From positions 115,764 to 179,763 of the forward strand of contig JAGCVZ010000011.1 of the NCBI GenBank assembly GCA_017962125.1: a DNA stretch of 64,000 nucleotides, written 5' to 3'. Below, one piece after another: positions 9,304 to 19,183 of the stretch. The notes below the pieces were generated by a model that saw nothing but the letters and a program-made list of their open reading frames with translations, did no database searches and had not been told where the DNA came from. The position numbers and the translations under genes were made by a program. The stretch is from Alphaproteobacteria bacterium (GTDB lineage Bacteria > Pseudomonadota > Alphaproteobacteria > Rs-D84). How positions within the stretch are numbered: the stretch's first letter is position 1; each line of letters starts with the position of its first letter.

Positions 9304-9491
9304 ATACGGACAAAAGTTTCGGGGTTTTACTTTGCCCCAAACTCGACACATGGAATTCTAAAATTTTAGAACACTAAAATTTTATTACACACCCCTATCA
9401 AATGAATCCACCAAATGGCGCTGTGCGATTTATACAAAAAAATCCTAAAAAACATTATTTTTATAAAAATTTTTAAAAAACCAACAATCGC

Positions 9492-9520
9492 TTGACAATT
9501 TGATTGTTTTGTATTATATT
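9492..9520 (+). promoter_or_regulatory. Second copy of the consensus promoter (TTGACA-17-TATATT)
   Basis: TTGACA 9492-9497, TATATT 9515-9520; about 100 bp upstream region repeats that of 8950-9050. Confidence 0.55.
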
Positions 9521-9549
9521 ACAAACAACTTGATAAAAAGGCAAAGAAA

Positions 9550-9804
9550 ATGAAAAAGAATAAGATGAATAAATTATGCGGTGCGCTTTTTATTGCAAGT
9601 GGCGTTTCCACGCTAATTTTGGCGGGGGCCAAAATCGGTGCGGACAATTTGGCGGACACCGGTACAAAAGCACCCGTTACGGAAAAGCAAGCGATAATGA
9701 AAGAATTTTGCCCATCCGATCCAAAATATGTCGCCCTGGGATTTTTCGGGGCAATGGCATTGATTGGTGGAATAAGCATTATAAATAAATCAAAAGAAAA
9801 ATAA
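9550..9804 (+). CDS. Small two-helix membrane protein, paralog 2
   Basis: 84 aa; same architecture as 9055..9303 (MKKNKMNKLCGALFIASG...GFFGAMALIGGISIINKSKEK). Confidence 0.55.
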   Translation: MKKNKMNKLCGALFIASGVSTLILAGAKIGADNLADTGTKAPVTEKQAIMKEFCPSDPKYVALGFFGAMALIGGISIINKSKEK

Positions 9805-9820
9805 ACAAAAAGAGCAAAAA

Positions 9821-10081
9821 ATGGAAAAAAAGCATACTAAAGATATAATGGGAAAAATTGGCTGGGGGTTAGTTGCTATTGCATGTATTGCTAAATACAT
9901 TAGTGGCGGCACAGACCAAGACTATATAAACGCGCCATCACGTCAAAATGTTAAAAATCCAAGTCCAGATGCGACATTCGCGGAAGATATTAAATCAACA
10001 AAAACCGTGGATTGGTTTAGTATGGCTACCATGGTATCAGGTGGCGTTTTGCTGCTATTGTCAAAAAAGCAATCAAAATAA
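9821..10081 (+). CDS. Small two-helix membrane protein, paralog 3
   Basis: 86 aa; 16-nt spacer after paralog 2; same architecture. Confidence 0.55.
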   Translation: MEKKHTKDIMGKIGWGLVAIACIAKYISGGTDQDYINAPSRQNVKNPSPDATFAEDIKSTKTVDWFSMATMVSGGVLLLLSKKQSK

Positions 10082-10099
10082 TTAAACAGGAGGCTATAA

Positions 10100-10318
10100 A
10101 TGCAACAGAAAAATAAAAATGATAAACTGGCTAATTTTTTAGTAGCTACGGGAAATATCACCATGGGGCTTGGGTGTCTTGTAATGCTGATGTTTGGTTG
10201 TACCGATGCACCAACAACACACACAGAAGATACTATTTCGTTGTATGGTGCAGCCGCCGGCGCTGCTGGTGCCTTTCTCCGCATTATTGGTGAAAGATTA
10301 CAAGAAAAAAACAAATAA
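10100..10318 (+). CDS. Small two-helix membrane protein, paralog 4
   Basis: 72 aa; AACAGGAGGCTATAAATG ribosome-binding site; same architecture, Ala/Gly-rich second helix. Confidence 0.5.
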   Translation: MQQKNKNDKLANFLVATGNITMGLGCLVMLMFGCTDAPTTHTEDTISLYGAAAGAAGAFLRIIGERLQEKNK

Positions 10319-10327
10319 CCAAATAAA

Positions 10328-10357
10328 AAACCGAAACTTTTGTTTCGGTTTTTTTTA
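10328..10357 (+). terminator. Intrinsic terminator (ccgaaac-N6-gtttcgg + T8)
   Basis: Perfect 7-bp stem and long T-run right after paralog 4. Confidence 0.7.
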
Positions 10358-10393
10358 TTGCCTTGGCGCGGGTGTTTTTATTAAACTGGAAAT

Positions 10394-11332
10394 ATGGAAA
10401 GGATTTTTCGGTTTTTTATCGCGCCCTGCTTTGCAATGTATTCTGCGGTTGCGACGGCTGCTGTGCGAAAGCCAGCAATGTATGTTGACCCGAATGCGTA
10501 CGCATATATGTATCCATACTTAAATAATCAAATGCGAACCGACCTGAATCCCGGCACCAGTGTTTTAATGACAAATAATCCGATTGATGTGGTCGTTAAA
10601 ACCAAAAGAATGTCCGAACCTCGTCGTGTTGTTCCGCGACCTGCACCTAAAACAGCGCGCGCCGCAACAACCACGACCATACCAACAACTAATTCAACAC
10701 GTCGCGTTGTCGCACGCGCGGCAAGTAAACCTGTTGCGCCATCGCAGGCGCGCACAGTACGTAGTGTTGTACCGCGCACCGTACGAGAAAACGCACGTGC
10801 AGCAACAAATACTGGGGAATCCGTAACCGTGTCCTATGATGTTCCAACTACACGTTGCCTTGCGGGATACACTGAATGTATGGATGGATATTGTATGCGT
10901 GAAAACATGGCTTATAACCGATGTTACTGCAGTGCAAAATTAGCACAAATAGATTCCCAATACCAAGACACCATAAGCAACATGATCATCCAAATAATAC
11001 AATTACGCAGTGGGGGGGCATGGACAGATGAAGAGATGAACGAATACTGGATGGAACACATCGGTCAGTATGTTGGCGAAAATTCATGGACAAACCTTGA
11101 AAATGCCCTGAATATCGAATGGCCGACACCCGAAGAACGCATCAGTGGCCAACAAGTTTTTCTTACCGCTCATGAATACTGTGTTGCACACCTTAGAAAC
11201 TGCGCATCAATGGCATCAAACATGCGCGATGCGTATCGTTCCAGAATATCACGTGATTGCAAAACGTATGAACAAGGTCTGCAAAAAATTTACAATGCTG
11301 CAGCCGCAATGGTTGAATCTTATAGTGAATAA
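10394..11332 (+). CDS. Secreted hypothetical protein: signal peptide, Arg/Pro/Thr-rich linker, C-terminal 8-Cys domain
   Basis: ORF with N-terminal hydrophobic signal, low-complexity RxVxPR repeats, then a Cys-containing globular region. Confidence 0.5.
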   Translation: MERIFRFFIAPCFAMYSAVATAAVRKPAMYVDPNAYAYMYPYLNNQMRTDLNPGTSVLMTNNPIDVVVKTKRMSEPRRVVPRPAPKTARAATTTTIPTTNSTRRVVARAASKPVAPSQARTVRSVVPRTVRENARAATNTGESVTVSYDVPTTRCLAGYTECMDGYCMRENMAYNRCYCSAKLAQIDSQYQDTISNMIIQIIQLRSGGAWTDEEMNEYWMEHIGQYVGENSWTNLENALNIEWPTPEERISGQQVFLTAHEYCVAHLRNCASMASNMRDAYRSRISRDCKTYEQGLQKIYNAAAAMVESYSE

Positions 11333-11335
11333 TCT

Positions 11336-11536
11336 TTATTTCCGCATTGATTCACAAACCAAGTTATGTCTATATATGTTCCGCGCCAAATCATCACTAA
11401 TGTTGTTCCAATCCGAATCATGTCCATAAATAAATTCACATGGGCATACTTCCGCCGCAGCCCTATTCCGCAATAGTATATTTCCGTCGCAAGATGTCAC
11501 GAATATCGCGCACACCGGTATGAACAGTTTTTTCAT
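11336..11536 (-). CDS. Small putative lipoprotein (66 aa)
   Basis: MKKLFIPVCAIFVTSC signal/lipobox; AAGGGTGG ribosome-binding site; overlaps the next ORF by 74 nt in another frame. Confidence 0.3.
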   Translation of the reverse strand: MKKLFIPVCAIFVTSCDGNILLRNRAAAEVCPCEFIYGHDSDWNNISDDLARNIYRHNLVCESMRK

Positions 11537-11687
11537 GTGCCACCCTTACCATATTTACATTGTTTATAATTTCGTTTGTTTGTGCGTTTGCCCCATCAGC
11601 CACACATTTTTCACGCGCAATTCGCGCACCGAAAAAATAGCAAGCGATAACCAGCGCACAAACGGCGATTATTAAATACTTGTGCAT
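11463..11687 (-). CDS. Small putative lipoprotein (74 aa)
   Basis: MHKYLIIAVCALVIAC signal/lipobox; GGGGGA ribosome-binding site. Confidence 0.4.
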   Translation of the reverse strand: MHKYLIIAVCALVIACYFFGARIAREKCVADGANAQTNEIINNVNMVRVAHEKTVHTGVRDIRDILRRKYTIAE

Positions 11688-11730
11688 TTTTCCCCCTATA
11701 ACAAGAAACGCACCTTTCGGTGCGCATCGA

Positions 11731-12999
11731 TTACTGATTCATAGAATTAAAGAAATCATCATTTGTTTTGGTTACACGTAATTTATCAAGCAAGAACTCC
11801 ATCGCTTCCAACGTTCCCATTGGATTGATAATACGGCGCAAGACATACATCTTTGCCAACAAATCTTTGCCCACCAGCAAATCTTCCTTGCGGGTGCCAG
11901 ACTTTGTAATATCAATCGCCGGATAAACACGTTTATCAGATAATTTCCGGTCAAGTATGATTTCACTATTACCCGTACCCTTGAACTCTTCAAAAATAAC
12001 TTCGTCCATCTTTGACCCAGTATCAACAAGCGCGGTTGCAATAATTGTAAGGCTTCCACCACCTTCGATATTACGCGCAGCACCAAAAAAACGCTTTGGT
12101 CGTTGCAGAGCATAAGCATCAACACCACCAGTCAAAACCTTACCACTGGACGGAACGAATGTATTATATGCACGTCCTAAACGCGTAATGGAATCAAGCA
12201 ATATAACAACATCTTGCCCTGCTTCAACAAGACGTTTTGCCTTTTCTATAACCATTTCTGCAACCTGAATATGACGCGTTGCCGGTTCATCGAATGTTGA
12301 AGATATAACCTCGCCCTTTACACTGCGTTGCATATCGGTCACTTCCTCGGGCCGCTCGTCAATAAGTAATACGATAAGTTTCACATCAGGATAATTTGTT
12401 GCAATAGAATGTGCGATATTTTGCAACATAACAGTTTTACCTGTGCGCGGTGGCGCAACAATAAGCGAACGTTGCCCACGGCCCGTCGGCGATATAAGGT
12501 CAATAACACGCGCTGATAAATTACGCCCTTTGTCTGTGTCACCGATAACCTCCATCTTTAACTGTTCGTCTGGATAAAGCGGTGTCATATCATCAAAAGA
12601 CACTCTATGTCGCAACTTTTCCGGATCATCACCATTTACGCGCTCAATTGTTTCTAACGCGAAATAACGTTCAGACTCATTTTGTGGTGCCTCGATACGA
12701 CCTTCAACATAATCACCAGTCTTTAATCCATATTTTTTAATCAAATTCGGCGACACGTACAAATCGTCCGGTCCTGCCAAATAATTACTTTCTGGGGCAC
12801 GCAGAAAACCAAAGCCATCCTGTAGACGCTCAAGAACACCGTCACCAATAAGTGTAATTTTTTTATCCGCCGCAAACCCGCGCATAACCGCAAATCGCAA
12901 CTGTTGCACGTTTAATTGCGACGCCTCTTCGATGCCCATATCTTCCGCCATTTTCAACAACTGTTGTGGCGACTTGGCCTTTATTTCATTTATATGCAT
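11731..12999 (-). CDS. rho: Transcription termination factor Rho
   Basis: Full-length match to Rho: N-terminal domain, OB fold, Walker A GKT, RecA-like ATPase core. Confidence 0.95.
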   Translation of the reverse strand: MHINEIKAKSPQQLLKMAEDMGIEEASQLNVQQLRFAVMRGFAADKKITLIGDGVLERLQDGFGFLRAPESNYLAGPDDLYVSPNLIKKYGLKTGDYVEGRIEAPQNESERYFALETIERVNGDDPEKLRHRVSFDDMTPLYPDEQLKMEVIGDTDKGRNLSARVIDLISPTGRGQRSLIVAPPRTGKTVMLQNIAHSIATNYPDVKLIVLLIDERPEEVTDMQRSVKGEVISSTFDEPATRHIQVAEMVIEKAKRLVEAGQDVVILLDSITRLGRAYNTFVPSSGKVLTGGVDAYALQRPKRFFGAARNIEGGGSLTIIATALVDTGSKMDEVIFEEFKGTGNSEIILDRKLSDKRVYPAIDITKSGTRKEDLLVGKDLLAKMYVLRRIINPMGTLEAMEFLLDKLRVTKTNDDFFNSMNQ

Positions 13000-13212
13000 T
13001 TAAAATCCTTTTTTGGAAAATCCTGTGATACAGAACGTACCACAACCTACTTCGACGCGTATTATTACACATTTTTAATAAAAAGTCAAGCAGAAGTGCA
13101 AGTGGGTGGCGGTCAACGAAACAGGTTCGCCACACTAACACTAACCACTTTCTCTTGACATTACCCCAAATTCTTGCTCCAATAAAACTACATAAAACAA
13201 AAAGGAAATAAA

Positions 13213-13668
13213 ATGGCGGGAAGTATAAATAAAGTGATATTGGTTGGTAACATTGGCCAAGACCCTCAGGTGCGCACAATGCAGAGCGGACAAAAAGTGG
13301 TAAGTTTTTCTCTTGCAACATCTGACCGTTGGCGGGATCGTCAAAGTGGTGAACAGAAAGAACAAACAGAATGGCACCGTATTGTGATTTTTAGCCCGAA
13401 TTTGGTTGAAGTTGCCGAACGCATGCTACAAAAAGGAACAAAACTTTACATCGAAGGCGCATTACGCACACGCAAATGGCAAAATCAACAGGGTGTTGAT
13501 ACCTATACAACAGAGGTTGTGTTAAACCAATTCAGTGGCACAATGGTTATTCTATCGGGTGCCAAGACGGTTGATTCTATGTCGGGTGCCGCATCCACAA
13601 CACCGGTACAACCAACACCGGCCGAAGAAATTTCCATTTCGGAAATCGGCGATGATATTCCTTTTTAA
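13213..13668 (+). CDS. ssb: Single-stranded DNA-binding protein
   Basis: OB-fold N-domain ([10 protein letters not shown]...WHRIV), Gly/Pro-rich linker, canonical acidic tail DDIPF. Confidence 0.9.
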   Translation: MAGSINKVILVGNIGQDPQVRTMQSGQKVVSFSLATSDRWRDRQSGEQKEQTEWHRIVIFSPNLVEVAERMLQKGTKLYIEGALRTRKWQNQQGVDTYTTEVVLNQFSGTMVILSGAKTVDSMSGAASTTPVQPTPAEEISISEIGDDIPF

Positions 13669-13684
13669 AGAATCAACTTTTTTC

Positions 13685-13713
13685 AAAACGCCGACCAATT
13701 GTCGGCGTTTTTT
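13685..13713 (+). terminator. Intrinsic terminator (gccgac-caatt-gtcggc + T-run)
   Basis: Perfect stem and T6 right after ssb. Confidence 0.7.
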
Positions 13714-13779
13714 ACATTATTTGGAAAACAAAAAGTTTTGTGATACAATAGTACCAGAACTAGATTAAACGGAGCAAAC

Positions 13780-14067
13780 ATGAGTCATTTTATGGGTGAA
13801 CTTGTCGGCTATTTATGTGGCGTATGCACAACAATCGCATTTTTGCCACAGGCAATAAAAGCCATTACAACCAAAAATATATCTGGCTTATCACCATACA
13901 TGTATGTCATATACTGCATAGGTCTGATATTTTGGATTATTTATGGAACGTATCTGCATTCTTTTCAAATAATACTGTTCAACAGTATTACATTGATATT
14001 CAACGGCATAATACTGTATATGATTATCAAGGCCACCATACGAAAAAAGAAAACAGTAAAAAAATAA
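13780..14067 (+). CDS. SemiSWEET (PQ-loop, 3-helix sugar transporter unit)
   Basis: 95 aa, 3 predicted transmembrane helices, diagnostic CTTIAFLPQAIK PQ motif and WIIYG; closely follows the pattern of Bradyrhizobium SemiSWEET. Confidence 0.7.
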   Translation: MSHFMGELVGYLCGVCTTIAFLPQAIKAITTKNISGLSPYMYVIYCIGLIFWIIYGTYLHSFQIILFNSITLIFNGIILYMIIKATIRKKKTVKK

Positions 14068-14222
14068 TCAAAAATTAGATTATCCTTAGAATATATGTAA
14101 AAAATTATACAAGAATTGACAGTTCTACCAACATCACTGGCGAAACCACGCCACACAAAGTAACACTGATTACTTACACCTTTTGTGGCATGACACAGAC
14201 CGCGATCACAACGGAACAGGCA

Positions 14223-17200
14223 CTAAAACCTGTACATCCCCGAAAGGTGGACTTTATGCATTTGGATATTAGAATTATATTGATAACGATAATCCAAACC
14301 GATATGCAACCCATTTACAGCCAAGAATTCTGCACCTGCACCTGCATGCGCCCAAAGAGGATCAACGCCAATGTCATAATCACGCCATGGTTCAACAACC
14401 GCAAACTTGTATTTCATTGTATCAGGCGATGAAATCAAATCGTATTCAATACCAACCGTCGCATATGGGCGAATTTGGAACCATGATGATGGATAAATAC
14501 GTTTTTGGGCAGTTAAAGAATATCCCGGTGTCAAAATCACGCGTCCATCAAAATCAAGGTTCATATAATCAGTACCACCAACTTTTTCGGTCATATCAAA
14601 ACCAAAATTATATCCCGCACGCAGATATAGATTTCCAATAATATACTGATTCAACCAATCGTGTATCAAACCTGTTTCGCCAACAATCCCATAAGAAAAC
14701 GCATCGCCTTCTATTCTATCAACCCACGTCTGGTCACGCTTGACATCAATAAAGTTCACATCAAACATAGCATCACCATACCAACGCGCCTTGTTATTTA
14801 AAGTCTTGATGAAATACGCACCTGCACCAACATTAAGATTGCGAACATCCGTATCAACATGACCAATCGCATTAACCGTACCATATCCTAAATCTATAAC
14901 ATCATTGTCTTCACCTTTGGTATGATTTACATGCCCCATCCAACCCAAAATCAGAGTATCACTTGATTGCCAATCGTATCCAAAGTTAAACCCGAAACGT
15001 GATCCGTGCGCATGATTGTCAACCAAATCATCCCAAAAATAACCATAATCAGCAATGAACCACAATTTGTTAACACGACGATTACGATTCCAAATAGCTT
15101 CATCAATAAATCTGTCGGACAAATCTTTAAATAATGTATGAGTATTTAATTCCAAAGCATCTGCAATCTGATTGGCCTCACGCAATTGGAACACACGACT
15201 AAATGCACGAATAACATTCGGATTGCCACGTTCAGTATAATCTTTCATACGCGGATACAGTTCTTCATTCACACGATAAAGCGGTGTATCATCAAACAAC
15301 AACCTTGCAACACCCAAAGGAGAATCGTATGAAAAACCATGTTGCAAAAGTTCATATTCAATCAAATCGTCTAATGCGCCCGCGGATTGATATTCGCCAG
15401 TGGTATAATACGGTGCACTTGCGACCACAGGTTGTAATTTAAACATCTTGTCATCATTGTTAAACCGATCGTCAAACACAACATATAAACTTTCCCTTGT
15501 TCCATCACCATTCATATCATAGGAAATCAAACGTATCGGCAATTCAGTACCGGCACCATTATATTCACCAGTCGCCGCCAAATAATCTGTGCAAATAGTT
15601 CCGTCTGCATTACAGAAATTTATACTTAACCCAGAAATTCTTGTCGCAAGCTCTTCAATACCATCGTCGGCATGCAACAACCAAATTGCAGAATTACCTG
15701 TAACAGTATTGCGTAAATTTATACCTATCTGTGTATCTGACAATCCCGAAACATCGGAAGATACCGTATCCGATACATTTGTTATCAATTTCCCAGAAAC
15801 AGAAATTAACGGCTCTGCCCCAAGTACATTATTCGTTATCGTTCCAACCATGTACTCATCATCAAACGTCGCCGTTGCCCAATAAGTATACGCATCCCCA
15901 GAATTTGCAAAAGCAAGCAAACGACCGGCATTATCAAAAGTATAATCACCCCCAACCGTCATATGGGCAAGACCAACAATATCCGTTCCGCCAATTATAT
16001 CACCACCAACGGTCACATTGATACCATCGGCCAACCCAGGATTATAAAGTGCAACATCATCACCACCAAGATTGTCCCCAACATTGACCGCCCCGGCATT
16101 CAGTGCAACCCGGCCCCCATCAACAGATACAACATCATGCGCAACATTTATTGTTTGCGCAAATAATCCAACACCATTTTCAGAACCACTAGCCGATATT
16201 TCACCACCAACATTTATATCAAAATTATTTGCATTTATATCCGTAAAGCCGTTCACAACGTTCATTCCACCAAGCGATGCACCAACCAGCCCAACCGTCA
16301 AATCTTGTGCCACAGAAACCACGCCTGAATTAATGGTATTCGTACCCGAAACATTTAAACGGCCATTTTCAGAAACCACAATACCATCACCGCCCACATT
16401 AATTGTTGGCGCGGACAAATTCATCGTTCCGGCACTTGCAACAATTCCCACCGCATTGATAGCAGTCGAGGCAGACAAATCCATCACCGCATTTGAGTTA
16501 CTAAACCCATTTCGAATCGTATTTGCATCTATTGCGCCATTTGTCACACTCAATGCAAAAGAATTCAGATTATTATCAAAAAACTCATCAATTCTTTCAC
16601 CAAGCGACAACGTTCCAGTAGTCAAACTAAATGAATTAGTTGTAAACATACTCGATAAATCAAAACCATGTGCAAGTATAGTAGCACCCGAAATTTCGCC
16701 GATGAAATCGCCCTTGTTAATAAAAGAAGTCCCGTCACCGCCGATAATCCGTAAAGATGTTGCATTAATACGCATCGCTCCCGAATTCGATTCGTTTGTT
16801 ATGTCACCCCCTACGACAATTTGCCCACCAGTCAAAGACATCACCCCTGATGACTTGTTTTCAATATTGCCTTCTACCATAAATTGACCAGTTCCACTAA
16901 GCAACACTGTCACACCCTTGGAATCCAAAGCCTGGAAAACACCATCAACATTCAGGGAATTTCCTTCTATGATTGCGCTACCCACTCCGGATGCAACAAA
17001 TTGCCCCAAAGATACAGCATCACCATATAAATTTAAACCACCGGTTGCCTCTATAACATTAGCGGTAAAATTATATAAACTTCCGCCCGCGCCACCAATG
17101 GTCAGATTTTTTTCCGCATCGACATCCAAGCCCCCACCAACAGAAATTCCGCCATTCGTAAATATAGAATAATTGGTATCAATAGCCGATTCGGCATAAA

Positions 17201-17435
17201 TACCGCCCGGCGCAACCGGCGTTTCTGCATCATACCCGACATAGATATCCCCAGCGGTCGTCAACGTTCCACCAACACTTATTCCCGCACCCTTTTGAAT
17301 AATATATGATTCATCAGTCAGGTTCAACGCCCCAGAAATCGGTGTAATTTCCCCTGGTGTTCCAGGAATAACAGTGTCCGATAACGCACAAAACGGTGTC
17401 AAGCAATATAAAAAAGGAAATAATTTTTTTATCAT
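14223..17435 (-). CDS. Autotransporter (type Va) surface protein with beta-helical passenger and C-terminal beta-barrel (Sca-like)
   Basis: 1070 aa; signal peptide; Gly/Thr/Asn-rich parallel-beta-helix-type repeats; C-terminal ~280 aa with alternating hydrophobic beta strands ending ...HLSGMYRF (terminal aromatic). Confidence 0.75.
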   Translation of the reverse strand: MIKKLFPFLYCLTPFCALSDTVIPGTPGEITPISGALNLTDESYIIQKGAGISVGGTLTTAGDIYVGYDAETPVAPGGIYAESAIDTNYSIFTNGGISVGGGLDVDAEKNLTIGGAGGSLYNFTANVIEATGGLNLYGDAVSLGQFVASGVGSAIIEGNSLNVDGVFQALDSKGVTVLLSGTGQFMVEGNIENKSSGVMSLTGGQIVVGGDITNESNSGAMRINATSLRIIGGDGTSFINKGDFIGEISGATILAHGFDLSSMFTTNSFSLTTGTLSLGERIDEFFDNNLNSFALSVTNGAIDANTIRNGFSNSNAVMDLSASTAINAVGIVASAGTMNLSAPTINVGGDGIVVSENGRLNVSGTNTINSGVVSVAQDLTVGLVGASLGGMNVVNGFTDINANNFDINVGGEISASGSENGVGLFAQTINVAHDVVSVDGGRVALNAGAVNVGDNLGGDDVALYNPGLADGINVTVGGDIIGGTDIVGLAHMTVGGDYTFDNAGRLLAFANSGDAYTYWATATFDDEYMVGTITNNVLGAEPLISVSGKLITNVSDTVSSDVSGLSDTQIGINLRNTVTGNSAIWLLHADDGIEELATRISGLSINFCNADGTICTDYLAATGEYNGAGTELPIRLISYDMNGDGTRESLYVVFDDRFNNDDKMFKLQPVVASAPYYTTGEYQSAGALDDLIEYELLQHGFSYDSPLGVARLLFDDTPLYRVNEELYPRMKDYTERGNPNVIRAFSRVFQLREANQIADALELNTHTLFKDLSDRFIDEAIWNRNRRVNKLWFIADYGYFWDDLVDNHAHGSRFGFNFGYDWQSSDTLILGWMGHVNHTKGEDNDVIDLGYGTVNAIGHVDTDVRNLNVGAGAYFIKTLNNKARWYGDAMFDVNFIDVKRDQTWVDRIEGDAFSYGIVGETGLIHDWLNQYIIGNLYLRAGYNFGFDMTEKVGGTDYMNLDFDGRVILTPGYSLTAQKRIYPSSWFQIRPYATVGIEYDLISSPDTMKYKFAVVEPWRDYDIGVDPLWAHAGAGAEFLAVNGLHIGLDYRYQYNSNIQMHKVHLSGMYRF

Positions 17436-17516
17436 ATTTTTTTATTCTCTTTCTTTGTTTACGTTGCTATATTATAACACAACCAAGAAGGAAAAAAAAG
17501 CAACAAGTGTTGATAA

Positions 17517-18791
<1,275 letters not shown>

Positions 18792-18794
18792 AAA

Positions 18795-19001
18795 ATGTCG
18801 CTTGTTGCGAATTGTATTTTAATAGTTAAATATATTGTGGCAATAATTACGCTGGTCGTGATTGTACTCACGCCGGCGTATTTAGCCGCAAAAAATGAAA
18901 AAGATAAACTTAGTCAATTACGCATCCGCGCCGCATCATGGCTGTTTGGATGGACCGGTATCGGATGGTTGCTCGCCCTTTTTTGGGCGGTCCGGAAGTA
19001 A
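18795..19001 (+). CDS. Superinfection-immunity-family (Imm_superinfect-like) small membrane protein
   Basis: 68 aa; motif ...PAYLAAK...LFGWTGIGWLLALFWAV matches the LLGWTGIGW signature of PF14373; starts 4 nt after the eno stop. Confidence 0.55.
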   Translation: MSLVANCILIVKYIVAIITLVVIVLTPAYLAAKNEKDKLSQLRIRAASWLFGWTGIGWLLALFWAVRK

Positions 19002-19141
19002 AAAATCTTCTCTTTTGGATGAACACGATGTGGAACACCGGGGGGGTGGTCGGAACATTCATTATTATTCTATATTTTCTTAACCACCCCGGCCTGCGGC
19101 CACCACGCCAACTGACTCTCTGCAACCCTTACACATCTAAC

Positions 19142-19169
19142 AAAAATCCCCGCAGATGCGGGGATTTTT
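19142..19169. terminator. Bidirectional intrinsic terminator (atccccgc-agat-gcggggat with A-run and T-run)
   Basis: Perfect 8-bp GC-rich stem flanked by A5 and T5; lies between convergent genes. Confidence 0.75.
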
Positions 19170-19183
19170 CAACATCAAAAACT

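Noticed and set aside
9055-10318. Possibility that the four small paralogs are R-body (Reb) proteins of a Caedibacter-like symbiont
   Set aside because: Reb proteins are soluble, helical and Ala/Thr/Gln-rich without transmembrane helices; these ORFs have two clear hydrophobic helices and Lys-rich ends.
12986-13377. Minus-strand ORFs (111 and 78 aa) overlapping the rho-ssb intergenic region and the ssb 5' end
   Set aside because: They are antisense to ssb and span promoter and leader sequence with no ribosome-binding site; the region is better explained as the rho leader (with the GT-hexamer plus hairpin element) and the ssb promoter.
15589-17172. Plus-strand ORFs up to 271 aa (for example 16072..16887) antisense to the autotransporter gene
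   Set aside because: Their Pro/Thr/Ser-rich translations are the mirror of the Gly/Thr/Asn-rich repeat coding strand, a typical antisense artefact in repetitive genes.
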